Source: Piromyces finnis finn (lineage: Eukaryota; Fungi; Neocallimastigomycota). Taken from it: a DNA stretch of 64,000 nucleotides. The notes beneath the pieces are model-generated. The model was not told the DNA's origin and did no database searches. It saw only the letters and a program-made list of their open reading frames with translations. This document shows, piece by piece, positions 61,232-64,000 of this stretch. The translations under genes were made by a program, and so were the position numbers. Position 1 is the first letter of the stretch. Each line of letters starts with the position of its first letter. The stretch covers positions 310,001 through 374,000 of the forward strand of contig MCFH01000023.1 in NCBI GenBank assembly GCA_002104945.1, given 5' to 3'.

Positions 61232-63274
61232 ATGTTAGAACCTCCAAAAATGTTCTCAGATGCTCGTCATACTTCCGATGTTCTTGAAATAGAAAGTTTA
61301 GCTAAATTAGTTTATGAACTAGACATTCAGATGGATTCAAATCTATTTCAAACATTTGAAACTTTGGTAGAATTAGCAGGAACTAAGCAATTTTTACAAA
61401 CATTTAGTCGCTTTCAATATTATTTATTAAATATAAAATTTATTCAAAATGGAGGCTATGGTTTAGGTCATAGTGTACCTTTTCAAAATAGTTATTATCC
61501 TTTTTATCAAAATGTACAGATGTATCCAACACATACTCCACCCTCTCCTTCTTCACCAAATCAAATACCATATCCTGAACAAGGAGATATCAACATTAAT
61601 ACTGGAATGAATATAAATACAAGTATATCTACAACATCCGCAACTGTGGCTGCTGGTGCACCATTGAATTCATCAGCTGTTGGTGGTATGGCTGGAAATC
61701 CAGCTACTCCACCTTATGGCACTATTCCAACTCCTGAATTTTATGGTTATGGTGGTAATGGTACTCCACCAGAACTTATAAATACACCACCAAATTATTT
61801 TCCAAATCAAGCTGGTATGATATCATCAACTTCTTTCCCATCACATCTTGATGCTTCTGCAACTCCATATACCAATCATTTAATGGGAATGGCAGCAGCA
61901 CCTCCACCATATGAAGGTATGGAAGGTCATTCAATGATCGCCAATACCACTGATATTCCAAAAGAATCTTCTGATTCCCCTGTTAAAGCTTCAATGAACA
62001 CTGAATTATCTTCATCATCCTCTATAACATTATCTTCAACTACTGATATGGATATTGATTATTCATCTAACCCTACTGCTGATATAAAAAAAAGTGAAGA
62101 TAATAAAAGTGAAAATTCAACAACTCTAGAGGAACCTCTAAAAGATAAAAGTGAAAATAATACTGTTAAAGTTCAGGAAAAAGAAATTATGGAAATTAAA
62201 GCTGAAAAGTCTGACATAATAATGACCGAAAAAGAAGATAAAGATAATATAAATATTAAAAAAGAAATAAAAGAAGAAAAAGATGAAACTAATAAAGAAG
62301 TATATAATACTACTTCAACAATAGAAGAATCATTGAAAATTAAAGAAAGTTCTTCTGAAGTTAAGGAAATAATAGAAAAAAAGGAAGTTACATCAGAAAC
62401 AGAAGAAAAGAAAGAAGTAATTACTACTAAGCCTACAACTGCTCCTGTTATAACCTCTTCCTCAGCAACAACTGCTATTACTACTACTACTATCACAGCC
62501 ACTACCACTGCTACTATAGAAAATACTACCGTAACTGTTGATAATACTGCCATTAGTGATAATTCTGTTGAAGAAAAAAGCAATAATACCCATGTTGTTT
62601 TAACTGAAATGGATAAGTCTGTTTATCCAAATGCTGAAGGATTAGTTGGTGGTTTTCCAATTTCATTAAATCCAACTATGTTTCCATATGATGGTTCTGT
62701 AGAGGCTATTTCTATGGCTCATTCAGGCACTATGCTAAAGAGATCAGAAATGGGCTTAGGTGATATGGCTTTTCATCTTACTCCTCCTCCAGCTGATGGA
62801 GCTACCTCTGTTACTTCGTCAACATATCCTGGATATGATTTCACCTCTGTTGATAAAATGGTTAGTCCAGGTGCTGGTACTCCATTAAATAACCAATACT
62901 ATTCAACATCTGGTGCACCAATGTACAATAGATATGGTGCTGCTGGTGAACCAGTTGGTGTAAATGGTGCTATATCAGCTGGCTATTACAATAATCATAA
63001 CCCTCATTTTGAACCAATGAATTATAGTAGTTCTTACCCAGGTTATAATCCACAACAACCATCCTATGTTCATCGTCATGTATTTAATAATCAAACTCCA
63101 CTTCATAAAATCTCTCTTCCACAACAACAATATCATATGGTGAAAAAGAATAGTTCTAATAGTTCAAAATCATCCATGAAAATGAATGAAATGAATAAAA
63201 TGAAGGGCTATGGAAATAAAAAGCATTCCAGTGAAAGTAAAAAAAATGGTACATATCATAATATTTTTATGTAA
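61232..63274 (+). CDS. Low-complexity protein of unknown function (about 70-aa helical-looking N-terminus, then P/G/Y-, E/K- and T-rich disordered segments)
   Basis: 680-aa ORF with clearly raised GC and gene-like codon use. The ATG overlaps a possible acceptor (ttag|AACC), so upstream exons cannot be excluded. Confidence 0.8.
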   Translation: MLEPPKMFSDARHTSDVLEIESLAKLVYELDIQMDSNLFQTFETLVELAGTKQFLQTFSRFQYYLLNIKFIQNGGYGLGHSVPFQNSYYPFYQNVQMYPTHTPPSPSSPNQIPYPEQGDININTGMNINTSISTTSATVAAGAPLNSSAVGGMAGNPATPPYGTIPTPEFYGYGGNGTPPELINTPPNYFPNQAGMISSTSFPSHLDASATPYTNHLMGMAAAPPPYEGMEGHSMIANTTDIPKESSDSPVKASMNTELSSSSSITLSSTTDMDIDYSSNPTADIKKSEDNKSENSTTLEEPLKDKSENNTVKVQEKEIMEIKAEKSDIIMTEKEDKDNINIKKEIKEEKDETNKEVYNTTSTIEESLKIKESSSEVKEIIEKKEVTSETEEKKEVITTKPTTAPVITSSSATTAITTTTITATTTATIENTTVTVDNTAISDNSVEEKSNNTHVVLTEMDKSVYPNAEGLVGGFPISLNPTMFPYDGSVEAISMAHSGTMLKRSEMGLGDMAFHLTPPPADGATSVTSSTYPGYDFTSVDKMVSPGAGTPLNNQYYSTSGAPMYNRYGAAGEPVGVNGAISAGYYNNHNPHFEPMNYSSSYPGYNPQQPSYVHRHVFNNQTPLHKISLPQQQYHMVKKNSSNSSKSSMKMNEMNKMKGYGNKKHSSESKKNGTYHNIFM

Positions 63275-64000
63275 AAATGGAAATTACATTATTGAAAAAA
63301 AAAAAAAAAAATTTTTTTTTCACGTTTATATTCATTTTTTAAATTTTGTTACAATCTTTTGCCTTTTTACTTTTGTATTTCAGCTATATATATAAATTAA
63401 TAAATCTGGATAAAAAAAGAAAGGAAAAAATATAAAGCCATTAAAAATATAAAATATAATATATGTAAACATTTCTTATACTTTCTTTGTGGAAATAAAT
63501 TTTATGAAAAACTCTATTAACCCATAGTTAAAAAAAGAAAAAAATAGTATTTTAATAATAAATCAATTGATCGTAATTACAATAATATAAAAGAAAATTA
63601 GATAAAAAAGTTGTATTATATGAAATGAACAGGAAAAAGAACATGAATTAAGGATATTATATTTGAAAATATAATTAATATATATATATATTATTTATTA
63701 ATGGACTAAAAAAAAATATCCAATATACCAATGAATTATTAAAAAAAAAAAAAAATTAAAAAGCTAAATAATTATTTTTCAATATAATATCAATAAGAAT
63801 AAAATAAATTGATCTTCGTAATCTAGTTATTACTGATTTATAAAGATTATTATACCACATAATTGTAAAGTATGCATATATAAATAAGATCTTATATATA
63901 TGCATATACCTTTTTTATGATACCATATTTTATAATAGACCAGAAAAAATATAAAATATTTATTATGATTTATTTATTAAAATATTAAAATATTAATATT

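Overview
Very AT-rich eukaryotic DNA with short GT-AG introns, CBM10-type fungal dockerins, CotH kinases and ankyrin expansions; this combination is typical of an anaerobic gut fungus (Neocallimastigomycota; taxon is inferred, not looked up). One non-LTR retrotransposon (LINE) family dominates the window. It is present as a full-length copy with a 13-bp TSD (14576-20220, +), a near-identical inverted copy cut by the window edge (1-3577, -), two 5'-truncated polyadenylated copies and two old relics that younger copies have inserted into. The element has a single reading frame (putative RRM-like N-terminus, APE endonuclease, RT, CCHC knuckle, Asn tract, C-terminal domain). Both long copies carry the same in-frame TGA in the RT 'NYRxISL' motif, and both begin with about 215 nt of back-to-back hairpins. 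Host genes: two tandem dockerin-bearing CE1 feruloyl esterases, two CotH proteins (one with a Thr-rich stalk and a CBM18/hevein domain), a secreted Cys-rich two-repeat protein, a stand-alone condensation-domain protein, two Gly-rich paralogues with a shared MDLxLG micro-exon, an NmrA/SDR-like oxidoreductase, a 1311-aa ankyrin protein, an ankyrin pseudogene, a decayed intron-containing tRNA-Ile(TAT) and two low-complexity proteins of unknown function. All alignments, splice models and folds were made by eye; no searches were run.
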